Assembly (NCBI RefSeq): GCF_963921235.1
Contig: NC_086109.1
Location: 6,388,001-6,452,000 of the forward strand
From: Mobula hypostoma
Taxonomy: Eukaryota
Direction: 5' to 3'
DNA length: 64,000 bases
Shown: in pieces, positions 1 through 12,892 of the stretch
Numbering within the stretch: position 1 is the first letter of the stretch
How the letters are laid out: the number at the start of each line of letters is the position of its first letter
Made by a program: the position numbers and the translations under genes
The notes under the pieces: generated by a model
Told to the model about the DNA's origin: nothing
What the model saw: the letters and a program-made list of their open reading frames with translations, nothing else
Databases searched by the model: none

Positions 1-511
1 GTTTGACGTGTTGTGTGTTCAGAGATGCTCTTCTGCACATCACTGTTGTAACGTGTGGTTATTTGAGTTACTGTCATCTTCTCCTCAGATAGAACCAGTC
101 TGGCCCATTCTTCTCTGACCTCTCTCATTAACAAGGGCTTCTCGCCCACAGAACTGCCGCTGACTGTATCTTTTTTTTTGCTTTTTCAGCCATTCTCTGT
201 AAACTCTAGAGCAGGTGTTCCCACCCTGGGACCCACAGACCCCCTCAATTAACAGTAGGGTTCCATGACATAAAAAAGGTTGGGAACCCGCGTTGTGCGT
301 GAAAATCCCAGGAGATCAGCAGTTTCTGGCACCAACAATCAGTCCATGATCAAAGTCACTTAGATCACATTTCTGCCCTATTCTGATGCTTGATCTGAAC
401 AGCAACGGAACTGCTTGGCCTTGCCTTTGTGCATCATGTAGCAGACACAAGATTGGCTGATTAGATCTTTGCAATAATAAGCAGTGTATCTAATAAAATG
501 ACCACTGAGTA
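1..511. mobile_element. Tc1-like non-autonomous DNA element (right part)
   Basis: Ends in gtatctaataaaatgaccactgagta followed by TA, resembling fish Tc1-type TIRs recalled from memory. Confidence 0.6.
212..290. mobile_element. ~80-bp hAT/Charlie-like MITE (second copy ~22428-22508)
   Basis: CAGGTGTTCCCACCCT ... AGGTTGGGAACCC inverted ends; preceded by CTCTAGAG. Confidence 0.6.
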
Positions 512-2365
512 TAGTGTGAAATCAAAACCAAAGTTTTGAGAGCAGGAAACCAAGTTTTTAATTTTTTTTAAAAAAAGAAACAAAGAAATGAATTCACATA
601 GCACTCAAAATGCACTTGGAATATTCCAAGTGTTAACAGCCAACAAATTATTCTTTCTGAAAGATGAGAGGTCACTTATTATTTGGACAAATGTATTTTA
701 AAACTATTTCTACAAGTTTCCATTTTAATACGAATGTAAAACGATGAGCCAATTGCCAACTACAAAATGACAAACTCAGTTCATGAAATTCATCTTGCTT
801 ATAGCTGCCACTATTCCACTGTTACAATACTGTCAGAATCATTGCTAATTCCAATTATAAAAATAAAGAGATCCGATGTCTTGAACTTAAAAGCCAGTGC
901 GTGATGGAGATGAAATGGAAGGGGTGCTGGACTTTTGTGATAAACTTGGAAATTTTCTTCCCCCCTTCCTTCCTAATTTCCTTTTATAAGGACTCTTTTT
1001 TTCTCTCATAAATATGAAGCATAAATCACTTCAGTTTAGGAACAGAGCCAAATTTGTCAAATGAAAATCAAACAACTTTAAACAGAGATGATTCAGCTGT
1101 TACAGGTCATGGCAAAAAGGTTTTTAGTCATTCCAATCAGTCCAATTTACACATCCAGACTGTAGTTTTAACCCTTTGAAAGCAAGCACACTTATTATTT
1201 CGATACACTATGTTCAAAGTTCAAAAGTTGAAAGTAAATTTATTATTAAAGTATATATATGTCACTATATACAACCCTGAGATTCATTTTTTTGCGGACA
1301 ATCACAGTAAGCACAGGAAACACAATAGGATCAATGAAAGACCACACACACACACAACAGGACGGATAAACAACCAATGCGCAGAAGATAACAAACTGCA
1401 AATACAAAAAGTTAAAAAAAGAAATAAATAATAAGTAAATAAGTAATGAATATCAAGATCATGAGATGAAGAGTCCTTGAAAGTGAGTCCATAGGTTGTG
1501 GGAGCGGTTCAGTGAAGGGGTGAGTGAGGTTATCCCCTTTGTTCAAGAGCTGATGGTTGAGGGGTAAGGGAGTTTAAAGAGGCATCTGATCAGCTAACAT
1601 GCCACCCTACATTTTATCGAAGTTTAAGCAATGAGCTACATTGGCAAATATACATTCTTGTAAAAGAACACACATTTCAGTTTCAGTATGTTATTTTTAT
1701 GCATCATAATTTGAAGGACTTGGAAATTACCCTGGTTCAGAGAAGGGGGGCTGGGAAATTTCTCAAGCTCAATAACACATGATCCATTTTGGGTTTTTTC
1801 CTTGACATTTGGGATCATCCTTGGTCAAGTTTAGCTGTTGAACAATGCACAGAGCTGCAAACAACACATAACCAGACATTAACCCACTTAAAATGTTTTA
1901 AAATTTGTTATTTGACTGAAGATGAGGATCAGTTATTTGTTTGGAGGCAATCAGTTGTGTTGTAATTGAAAACTCAAGTTTTGAGAAGCAGCTGAAAGGA
2001 AATAGGAAGATTAAAATTTTGACCAACTGCATAATCAAGATTTTCCGTGTTTACCCAAAAAAACCATAACTCAGCAGACTCACCACAGCATCTTACTGAA
2101 GTATGAAGGAAGGGGAGGAACATTGCTGAGCTCGTATTTTACTTTCATTTTCTCCAAAGGAGACCATTCTTATGATCATGATTTAGAAACAGAGTGCAAT
2201 AAACAATGGAAATGTTGTTTTCCTCTGCTATACTCAAGTTAAAATTGAACAAACTTTAGTAAACCAACACAGAATGATGCTCAAATCTGATTGGCATTGG
2301 GTCTCGGATTTCTATAACAGTCAGCCCTTGGACGTCAGGGTAATCAATCACATTACATATGGAAG

Positions 2366-2998
2366 ATAGAACATTATAGTACAGTACAGGCCCTTCAGCC
2401 CACAATGCTGCGCCGACCTTTTAATCTTTTCTACGATCAATCAAAACCTTCCCTCCCACACATCCCTCCACGTTGTGCTCAACATTCATGTGCTCATCTT
2501 AAATGTCTCTTAAAAGCAGCAGACTTAAATGTCCCTAATGTACCTCCCTTGGCAGCACATTCCACGCACCTACCGCTCTGTAAAAAGCCAACCTTTGACA
2601 TCCCCCTATACTTTCTTCCAATCACCTTAAAATTAAGCTCCATTTCCACTCCAGGTAAAAGTCTCTGGCTGTCCCCTCGATCTATGTTTTTTATTATTTT
2701 GTACACCTCTGTCAAGTCATCCCTCATCCTCCTGCACTCCACAGAGAAAAGCCCTAGCTCATTCAACCTATCCTCATAAAATGAGCTCTCTAATCCGGGC
2801 AGCATCCTGGTCTATCTCCTCTGCAGCCTCTCTAAAGCTTGCACATCCTTCCAATAATGAGGCAACCAGACCTGAACACAATACTCCAAGTATAGTTTTA
2901 TAAAGCAGCAACATTACCTCTTGACTCTTGAACCCAACACCCCAACTAATGAAGGCCAACACATCATATGCCTTCTTAGCCACGCTATCAAATTGCGT
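2366..2998 (-). mobile_element. CR1-clade LINE 3' fragment
   Basis: MLPGLE..YEDRLNELGLFS.E.RRMR.DL.EVYKI motif. Confidence 0.88.
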
Positions 2999-3161
2999 GG
3001 ATGGAATTATTCCTAATTCAATTTGCAGTCAGAGGAATACACCTTCAGTAGCAAATTTGCAGGTATGGGTATGGTACATCTAAAGGGCTTGTATTTGTTT
3101 CCTGAATGTGTCCTGGTCATTTATACTCAAAATTTTACCAACACTGCCTGGTCATTTTTAT

Positions 3162-3295
3162 AAACACAAAAGATTCTGCAGATGCTGGAAATCCAGAGTA
3201 ACATATAGATAATGCTGCAGGAACTCTGCAGGCCAGGCAGCATCTATGGTAATAATGAGTCAATGTTTCAGGCTGAGACCTTTTATCAGGACTCT
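3162..3295 (-). mobile_element. Solo PLE pseudo-LTR fragment with hammerhead motif
   Basis: Minus strand GAGTCCTGATAAAAGGTCTCAGCCTGAAACATTGACTC (3257-3294) followed by the family's conserved tail. Confidence 0.75.
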
Positions 3296-4239
3296 TCCGG
3301 TTTGATATGCATACGTTGATATGCATTTTTCCCGTCACACTGAATACCATTCAAGTCATACAACTAGCTATACCAGGCTGTGTTCTGGCCCTTACTGAAA
3401 ACCAGAGGGGGGAATCATGCATTGTTCTATAAACTAATTTCATTATTAGTGGCCTTAATAGATCAAATTCCTCTTTGACCATATTCAAATGGCTCATTCT
3501 CCAAGTAATTAATATGGTGTTTTATAAAAGTATTTCCATTTGGTACCTCTGTGGCTATTCAATTTATAGTGCATCTGCCAAGCTTATTAAATGTAGTATT
3601 TAAAATTTGATTTGTTCCAGAGCTCTATTTTCTCCAAAGCCAAAATTCTCTGATTCTGGAGTGTCTCCCTGTATTTCACATATATTTATTCCACTGGGAT
3701 GCATTTAAATCTGAGCCAAAAATTCTGTTAATAAAACTTTTCCAGAATACATAAATCTTAGAGGGAAGTTTTTACATTTGATTCAAAATTTCCATTGTGT
3801 AATTCCTGAGCAGTTGTCTCAGTTAATCAACTTATACTTTAGTCCATCCAAAAACAGATCTACATTTTTAAGAATGTATTCAGTTTAAATGTTTGAATGT
3901 ACAGAACATAACAGTGTGCAATATGGTTTCTACATGCAACGCAAAGTTATATTCATTCATCCCATTCAGGCTTGTACGGTTTTAAAACCCTGTAGCTGTT
4001 TGTGGGCTCAACATTGCACAAGAGTTCAGGTAGAACTCAACTGCTGTTCCCGAAATGTGCAGAAGTAAAGTAAGGGAAGGAATATAGTGGACAACAACTC
4101 CACTAACTGGAGTATAAAGAGAGATAATGGGCATTTCCAACTTCAACAGCTAAAGAAGAAATATCATTATCTGACATGAGACAGTTAAATGTTGATGTGC
4201 AGTTAATCCAAACAATATATAATTCCAGAGAGTCACCTT

Positions 4240-5160
4240 CCTCTGTGAGAAGGTATTCCTGGGTGCCTCAGTTTTAAATAACTGCCCCCTAATCTTGTAA
4301 ATAGATCCCATCATTTGAAATGTTCCTGTTATGCTGATATCTACCTTATCTCATCCTCTCAGGATCTTACGCATTTTAATAAGATCACTTCACATTCTAA
4401 GTTCTAAAGAACATGATGCTAATATCTTTAACCAATGATAATAAGGCAGCTCTCTCATCCCAGAAATTCGGCTAATGAATCTCGTTTTGACCGCCTCTAA
4501 CGCCAGTATTTTAAGCAAGAGGACCAAAACAGAGTGCATTACTGTATTCCAGGTGAGACCTCACCAGTGCATCTGTAACAATACTTCCCTATTTCTAAAC
4601 TCCAACCTACTTCCAATAATATGCCACTTGCTGCAGCTACAGATCATGCACAAACACCCAGATCCCTCTGTCATTTGCTCATCTGCAGTCTTACTGCATT
4701 CAGATAATAATCTGTCTTTAGATCTCTCTTATTTAGACCAGAGTTCACTACATAAAACTCAGTGTTTCTACCCACTCACTCAACACACATCCTGTTGCCA
4801 CATGCCTGCCCACTATTTTTATGTCATTAATAAATGCCCTAACATGCTGCCTCCCCTCCTTCAGGTTATTAATACAAATTGTAAATCGTACACTGCTAAA
4901 AGTAATTCTTGGGACATTCCATTAGTCACATCCTTCCAGCCTGGAAAAGACCAGCTTATTTTGACTTTCTCTCTTTCACAAAATCTTCAATCCATGTCAA
5001 TTCAATGAGCTTTTATTTTGAGTGCCACTCTTTTGTGCCACCTTGCTCAATGCCTTCTGAAATTCAAAGGCTTCCGTTGATTCCCCTCTATTAGCTCTGG
5101 ACACTGCATCCTCAAAGAACTCCAGCAAATTTGTCAAATATGATTTACCCATCATAAAAG
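4240..5160 (-). mobile_element. Old, degenerate CR1 fragment
   Basis: Patchy similarity to the RT/3' region of the younger CR1 copies. Confidence 0.6.
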
Positions 5161-7544
5161 GTCAAGTTTAATTGCCATTCAACCATACATATGGATGCAG
5201 CCAAAAAAAAAACAGAACCCCCTCAGTGGCCAAGGTGAGTACCAACAGCACACAGCACATATATTTTCAATAACAGAACAACATGCAGTCACACAGAAAT
5301 AATATAGCCCAAGTCCCTGAGTGGCATGGCCTGTAGATTAATGGTGTATGGATTGCTGTCCTGGTCCAGCTTGTCTTCAACCGAGCAAACACTGAAGGGC
5401 AGCACAAACATTGGAGAGCACCGATGGGAAGGGCCAGCCCCAAACCAGTCGGGATTCCAGCATGCCCACAGAGTCCTCTACTCCCTTCCACACTGCCTCT
5501 GGCATCTCCTCTCCCGGGCGGCTGTGAATGAGGGCCTGGTCCATGCAACAACCGAGACAACACAGCTCCCCTGCCGTTGGTCTCAACTGTGAACCAGTGA
5601 AATGGACTTGCAGTAGTCTACATTATCAGTGTGTTGATTTGATTTGAAAATATTTAACTTCTCTAAATGACGAACTATGTCGCCTTTGATCATAGCATCT
5701 TGACAACAACAGGTGGTAAGCTGCAGGCCTACAGGTTTTTTCCTTTCCCCAGGGTTGGGGAATCAGGAACTAGGGGTCATCAATTTAGACTGAGAAGAGA
5801 GATTTAATTGGAAGCTGAAGGGCAATTTTTTCACCTAGGGTGTGGTCCATATAAGGGTTGATCTGCTGGAGGAAGTGGTTGAGGAAGTGTATCAACAACA
5901 GTTAAACAGTACATGGATAGGATAAGGTTTTGAGGGATACATGCCAAACATGGGCAAATGGGACTATCTTTCATGGGAGCTTGGTTGCAGTGGACCAGAT
6001 GGGCTGAAGTACCCTTTTCTGTGCTGTATAACTCTATGTCCCCTATTACCCTACCCGGTTTTTATCTTCCTCCTTATTATGTATGTCAATTGTCTGCAAA
6101 TTCTAATTTGAAAAGACTATCCAAGCCACGGAACAGGAAGCATTTTGTGTTCTCCTGTGACAGGTACATGTGGTCAATGTTTCTTCACTAATAAATCCTC
6201 TAGCTTCTCGGGGACAACTGATTTTGATCCCAGAGTTAATGTGACCATCATGGTCACCATTATAACTGTTAGATTTCTTATTCCCGATTTACTCGATTAT
6301 TACTGTTTTAAACTAATTGATAGGTACAAGGTGATAAGAGTCAGATAGCGTGGCAGCCAGACTCCTTCCCCCCCAAAGTGGAAATGGCCAATACATGAGG
6401 GGACATAATTTTAAGGTGACTGGAGGAAAGTCAAAGGTAGTTGTTTTGTTTTTTTTAAAAAACACAGAGTGGTAGATGTGTGCAACACGCTGCTAAGGAT
6501 GGTGGTAGAGGCAGGTACATTAGGGACCTTTAAGAGACTCTGAGATTGGCACATGGACACAAGAAAAATGGAGTGTAATGTAGGAGGGTTACATTGAGTT
6601 GGCTAAAGGACAGCAAAACTTGGGGGCCAAAGGGTCTGTACTGTGCTATACTGTTCTATGTTCTATATTATCAATCTGGGCACCAGTCTATCATTATTCC
6701 ATTGTATCACATGCCAAATTTTCTAGCAGGTAAACACTAAGTGACAGTTGAAAACGTGAAGTGAAATTATTTGCAAAGATTACTACTCATATTAATCTAA
6801 CTTCCTCTTTCAGATGCTTGCCAACAATATATAACTAAGATTATACAATCTTTTCCTTACAACTTTGTGGACATCTGGATATCATCTGTCTTTATTGTGT
6901 GTGACAGCACCATTTCAACATTCCATTCAATGTAAAGAGTTACAACATACAAGTCTATAATTTATATTATATTTATAGGCAGAAGTTCAAATTCATTACA
7001 AAAATGGTAAAACATGTGATTACATTACAACCATTAAGCAAAGGAACTTGTATCAAAATACTCAAGTTAGAATTAGGGAAATAACAACTTGTGTTGTGGA
7101 AAATCCCAAGTTACATTAAATACGTACTAGCATATATGGGAAACTAAAAGTCAAAGGCTAAAAAAAAAGCACCAGCTATTCCTGCTTTATTTCAGTTTAT
7201 CTGTACTAGGAAAATAATTTCAGAATGCCTGGTTTTCAGTAATGCAGTTCCCTGAATAATAAAGATTGTTACTTCCTTAAGGTTAATTTCTAATTTTAAA
7301 AATGTTCTTTCTCTTTTTAGTTTGGTTTGATGACCAAATGATTTAAAATCCACCTGAGATTAAAGGCAACATTTTTAAAAGTTAAAATAATTGTTCATGG
7401 GCATAATTCTGTAAAATTGCCTCTGTCAAATGGTACAAATTAAATTGGATATACTCTTGTTTTTCACAGAGAAGCTAATTTTAGGAAACAGCTAAGATAA
7501 CTGCGAAGAAATATTAGAGTTGCACAACGAAAAATACAATCATC

Positions 7545-7722
7545 AGGCTTCACCTATCATCTTCTGCCTTGTACTCCTTTCCCTCCCCTACCTTCTTATT
7601 CTGGATTCTTCCCCTTCCTTTTCAGTACTGATGAAGGGTCTCAGCCTGAAATATCAATCGTTTATTGCTATGTATAGATACTCGCTGACCTACTGAGTTT
7701 CTCCAGCACTTTGTACGTGTTA
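7545..7722 (+). mobile_element. Solo PLE pseudo-LTR fragment with hammerhead motif (tail resumes at ~8345)
   Basis: CAGTACTGATGAAGGGTCTCAGCCTGAAATATC at 7623; split by the 7725-8340 insertion. Confidence 0.75.
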
Positions 7723-7724
7723 AG

Positions 7725-8340
7725 CTGGATTGCCGTGAGTCAGGAAGCCCTCCACTGTTTGGGGTTGGCTATGGATGTTGTGTCCCAGCTGTCTACATGG
7801 TACACAAGCCACGGCAGTATGAGCTGGGGAGCAAGCTGTTGGCCATGTAGTAAGCTACCCCTCTCTGTGCAGCTGCTGATGAATCCAAAGGAACAGCAGA
7901 TACCAATATAGTTTGGCAACAGCCGTGTCGCGGGAGTTGCCAGTCAGCATTGAAGTCAATATTGGACTCCCTTAGGGACTCCAGCTCCAGATTTTACCTG
8001 GGGGGGGGAGGTTTACTCCCGAAGCCCTCCCCATGAATGGGTATAGCTACAAGGCAGCAGAGGTTTCAAATCAGTTTTCCTTCTCCTAAATGAGCTGCCA
8101 ACTACAGCTGACAGGCTTCATTTGCCCAAAATGACTGCAAGTAAGGCACCAGTAACCCTTCTTTGCCCCTTCTACTGTCAATAGAGAAACAGTTCTGCTG
8201 GACTTAGTAGCTAAGCCACACGGGAAGGCCAGGAGTTGGACTGGGTTGTCAGAGGCCATTTGAGACACACACCATTGGGAGCATTTAACAGGTAGCAGGA
8301 GCTTATCCCACTACTACTCCCAGCTACAACAACCTTAAAG
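7725..8340 (-). mobile_element. Unclassified ~600-bp interspersed repeat (second copy ~36090-36610)
   Basis: Two similar copies in the window; shares a module with the 45431 SINE. Confidence 0.7.
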
Positions 8341-11300
8341 AACGTGCTGGATTTCCAGCAATTGCAGTATCTTGTGTGCATCAGTTATCAGTCACCTTTA
8401 TTCTGAAATGTGCAATCCTAATAAACAAACAATTTGCATTGATATGGTGCCTTTAACGTAAAAATACTTCCCACAATATTTCAAAAGGCAAAGAAAACCA
8501 GATGACTTGGAAAACTAAAAGCCAATGTGCAAAAGACAAATCATGCAAATAATATAAATAAGTAATTAATTCTGAGCACAAGAGTTTATAGAGTCCTTGA
8601 AAACACTAAGTCTACAGGTTGTGGAGTCAATTCAGAATTGAGGTGAGTGAAGTTATCCACACTGGTTCAAGAGTTTAAAGGTTGATGGGTAATAACTGTT
8701 CCTGAGCTGGTCGTGTGGAATCTAAGGCTCCTGTACCTCCTTCCTGATGGCAGAAGTGAAAAGAGAGCATGACCTAGATTGCTGCTTTCTTGTGGCAGTG
8801 CTCCATGTAAAGGTACTCAATGATGGTGAGGGTTTTGGTGTTTTACTGGGTATGGCTTCTAAGAAACTTTTTTTTAAGACAGGAAAATGTAATGACGCAG
8901 TGGTTTAATAATGATAGCGAGGAAGTAAGGGACTTGTAAAGAAGCCAGAGAGAAGGAATTGGATGTCTTTTTGAGGTGGAGAAGTTACCAAATTTAAGGA
9001 TTTCAACAAAAGATGACAATTTAACATTTTAGCTAATTATGAACTGGAAGCCAATGTAGTTCAATGAGGATAGAGATGATAGGCAAATGAATGATAAGTG
9101 TTTGGTCAGATGAAATTTATGTTAATTGAGAAACGGGAAGCTAGTCAGAATAAAGGTGGAATAATTAAATAGCATACTGTAAGTAACCAGTGAGGATTTC
9201 ATTGGACAAATGTATGGATAGTGCAATTTGAAAAGATTGATAATTCACTTCAGCTCAGACCCTAAGTCAGCCATAAACATTTACTGAGGGAGAAGATGGA
9301 ATTCATGCTGCAAGCTGATGATAGCAGTTTTGCTTTTTTATGTGCAACTGGAGAACACTGGAGATCAATCAACCATGAATCAGATATAAAAAAATATAAT
9401 GGAAAGATCCAGAGGTGAAAAGGTAAACCTTGTGTCATCAGCATGTAGATAGGAAACCAACGGAACTAAGAACTGGTCTTTAGAGGATTCGTGAATTTGA
9501 GACACTGAGAGAAAGTATTTATTCCAGAAAGCTGGAAAACAGATGGCTCTGTGGATGGGAGTATTGTAGACAGTCTCTCACACGATAGAGAAGGTGTGGA
9601 AAAGAGATAATACAGCTCATCTTTAGTCTTGGATCTTGGTACTATTTTCCTCTCACTAACAAATCTCATGGTATGATTGAACATACAGCAAGGAACATAC
9701 ATCAGATAGAAGGTACAAGAGCCTCAGGACTGGCACCACCAGATTCAAGAGCAGTTACTACCCCTCAACCATCAGGCTCTTGAACAAAAGGAGGTAACTA
9801 CACTCACCTATTGAGATGCTCCCACAACAAATGTTCTCACTTTCAGGACTCTTTATCTTGTTATTTCATGCTCTCATTATTTATTGCTATTTATTTATAT
9901 TTGCAATTGCACAGTTTGTTGTTTTCTATTCTCTTGCTCTTCATTGATCCTGTTTATAGTTACCGTTATATAGATTTGCTGAGTAAGCCCGCAGGAAAAA
10001 GAACCTTCAGGGTTGTATGTGGTGATATACATGTACTCAGATAATAAATTTTACTTTCAACTTTGAAGTGTTATCTAGAAATTTGGTAAAACACAAGTAC
10101 TGAACCAGGACACCATGAACCGCATGTAAAGCTTAAGATGACTAATAAAATGTAGTCTGCTGGTTTTGGAAGTGAAGATTTCATCTGTCGTGTCTGTGCG
10201 ACCACATATCAATTAAAGTAAAGATACACATGCGTGAAATGGTTTTAACTGGTGTACTCACATTGCAGGCAGAGACAGAGATGCACATGCACAGACAACA
10301 GATCATTCGTAGTTCTAAAGGGGGTCATTACTCCAAAAGAAATAGATCCATACATTACATAATCATGCCTTTAAAAGTACAGGTCCAGATTTTTCCAAAT
10401 TGCATAGAAGTTTGAGTCTTGCTTCCAAGACAGAAACATTTGCGGTGATGACTCTAGCTTGCTGCATCAATTTTATGATCATGAAACATCTGCTCATCTT
10501 CACTTGAAGTTATTAAGACAGAATAATTAATTGTTGATGCCAACAGACATTCCAGAGAGTGTTTCATTTCCTGTTGTCTTTCAGGTGTGCCTACCACCTT
10601 GTTCTTTGAAATGCTTTTCAGAGAGGTCACTTTGTCTAACCTTAACCCTAATGCATAGTTCTAACATTTCAGATTCTGAACTTCATACTGAAGAGTGGAA
10701 GTTAGCTCTGCAAGGATTTATTTCAATGAAAGATAGTTGTTGTGCCCGAGCTAACCCATGAACAACTCTTAGCTTGACTCAGAAATTGATTGCATCCTTA
10801 TGTTTCCCTATGATGGCGTAAAAATTCCAAGGGACAATATTTACGTACGTTTGGAAAAGCAAGGGCTGCTCAAGGGTATACAGCACAGTTTTGTTTGGGA
10901 GAAATCATGTCTCACAAATTTGTTTGCGTTTTCTGAGGCAACTAAGAAGACTGATGAAAAGAGGGTAGTGTGAGTGCTGTCTACATGGGCTTTAGTAAGA
11001 CATTTGTTAAGGACAGCTTTGTCCAGAAGGCAAAAGACTCATAGAATCCAAGGGAAGTTGGCAAATTGGATACAAAATTAGCTTAATTATAGTAGATGAG
11101 AGGGTTGGTTGAAGGATGCTTGTGCAGAGTATTGGTCAGGCTGCACCTGGAATATTGTATGTAGCCCTAGTCACCAAACTGATTCTTGGGATGGCAGGAT
11201 TGTTGTATGAGGATGGGTTGGTTCAATTTGCAGAGGAGATGAAGTACAACTTAAATGATAATCAACTGTGTCTTGCCAACAGGGGTTTGCACAAAACCAT

Positions 11301-12276
11301 AAACCTCACAAGCATAAGGTCAAAAATATCATTACACTAGAATCTATAGCCTTCAGAACATAATACATTTCTTAATTATATTTATTTTATATTGTACTTT
11401 TATGTATACAGAATACAGCAAGTTTGTCACAATATGCATAAAATATTAATTTCATCCGCCTTATAGGAATGTGCTTGAATTTTAATGCCTGACAGCCTGC
11501 TGTTTATTACACAGACCATGGAACCATTTACAGCACTTAATTTGATTCAATTAAATCTCTAATATGCAAATGAAGAAAGATCTTGTTATAGGGTTCTATT
11601 TGACATCCTCATTTGCAGAATTTGACAAGAGACCATTGTTTACTACAGATAACATATGATACTTTCTTTTATTTTACAGATACTGTACAGGCCAACAACA
11701 GGCCCTTCCAGCCCAACAAGCCCATGTCATCCAAATACACCCATGTGGCCTATTAACCTGTACATCTTTGGAATGTGGGAGGAAACAGAAGCATGCCAAG
11801 GAAACCCATGCATTCACAGGGACAACATACAAACTGCTTACAGACATCAATGGGAAATAACATAAAAAGGCAAATGTACGAGACATTCACAGCTGCTTCA
11901 TCATTTCCATTGCTACTATTTAAAGAGTACTCCCTACGGCAGCCTCAAGATGGCAGCAATACAGGCGGCGATAAAGTGCAGGGGACTGGGGTATACAACA
12001 TTCTCCTTTGTGTCCATGCACTCATCATCTCATCCGATCCAAACAACTCCCATATCACAAGCAGTCCCGAACTACAAAGTATAGACTAATCAACAGTTGG
12101 TAATCCTAGAATGTGGCTTAAAATTGATCCGAACAAAGAGGTTGCAGGTTGGATTTAAATTCGCTGCTTGAAAGAGCAGTGGATGAGCTGACAACGAGAG
12201 ATAAACCTATGGGCCAAGAGCAGGTAAGAAAAATTCATTCAACATCAATACTTGGTTGACATAGACACAAATCCCC

Positions 12277-12892
12277 ACACCTTTACTTCCTGAGAAAACT
12301 AAAGAAATCTGGCCTGTCCCCTAAAACCCTCACTAATTTTTATAGATGCACCGTAGAAAGCATTCTTCTAGGGTGCATCACAACCTGGTATGGAAGTTGT
12401 CCGTGTCCAAGACCGAAAGAAGCTGGAGAAGATCGCGAACACGGCGCAGCACATCACACAAACCAATCTTCCGTCCTTGGACTCACTTTACACCACACGC
12501 TGTCAGAGCAGTGCTGCCAGGATAATCAAGGACACGACCCACCCAGCCAACACACTTTTTGTCCCTCTTCCCTCCGGGAGAAGGCTCAGGAGCTTTAAGA
12601 CTCGTACGGCCAGATTTGGGAACAGCTTCTTTCCAACTGCGATAAGACTGCTGAACGGATCCTGACCCAGATCTGGGCCGTACCCTCCAAATATTCAGAC
12701 CCGCCTCTCATTTTTTTTTTGCACTACCTTACTTTCCATTTTTCTATTTTCTATTTATGATTTATTAAAAATTTAAATTATATTTACCATCGATTTGTAA
12801 TCCAGGGAGCGGGAACCGCAGAATCAAATATCGCTGTGATGATTGTATGTTCTAGTATCAATTGTTTGGCAACAATAAAGCATAAAGTATAA
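12277..12892 (+). mobile_element. Rex1/Babar-type LINE 3' fragment
   Basis: RIIKDTTHPANTLFVPLPSGRRLRS.KTRTARFGNSFFPTAIRLLN C-terminus and AATAAAGTATAAA tail. Confidence 0.8.

Noticed and set aside
6150..6180. Possible RASSF5 exon 2 (TCH-encoding ACCTGTCAC on minus)
   Set aside because: Flanking codons do not give CK.TCH..C...LDC and there is no suitable acceptor; exon 2 probably lies left of the window
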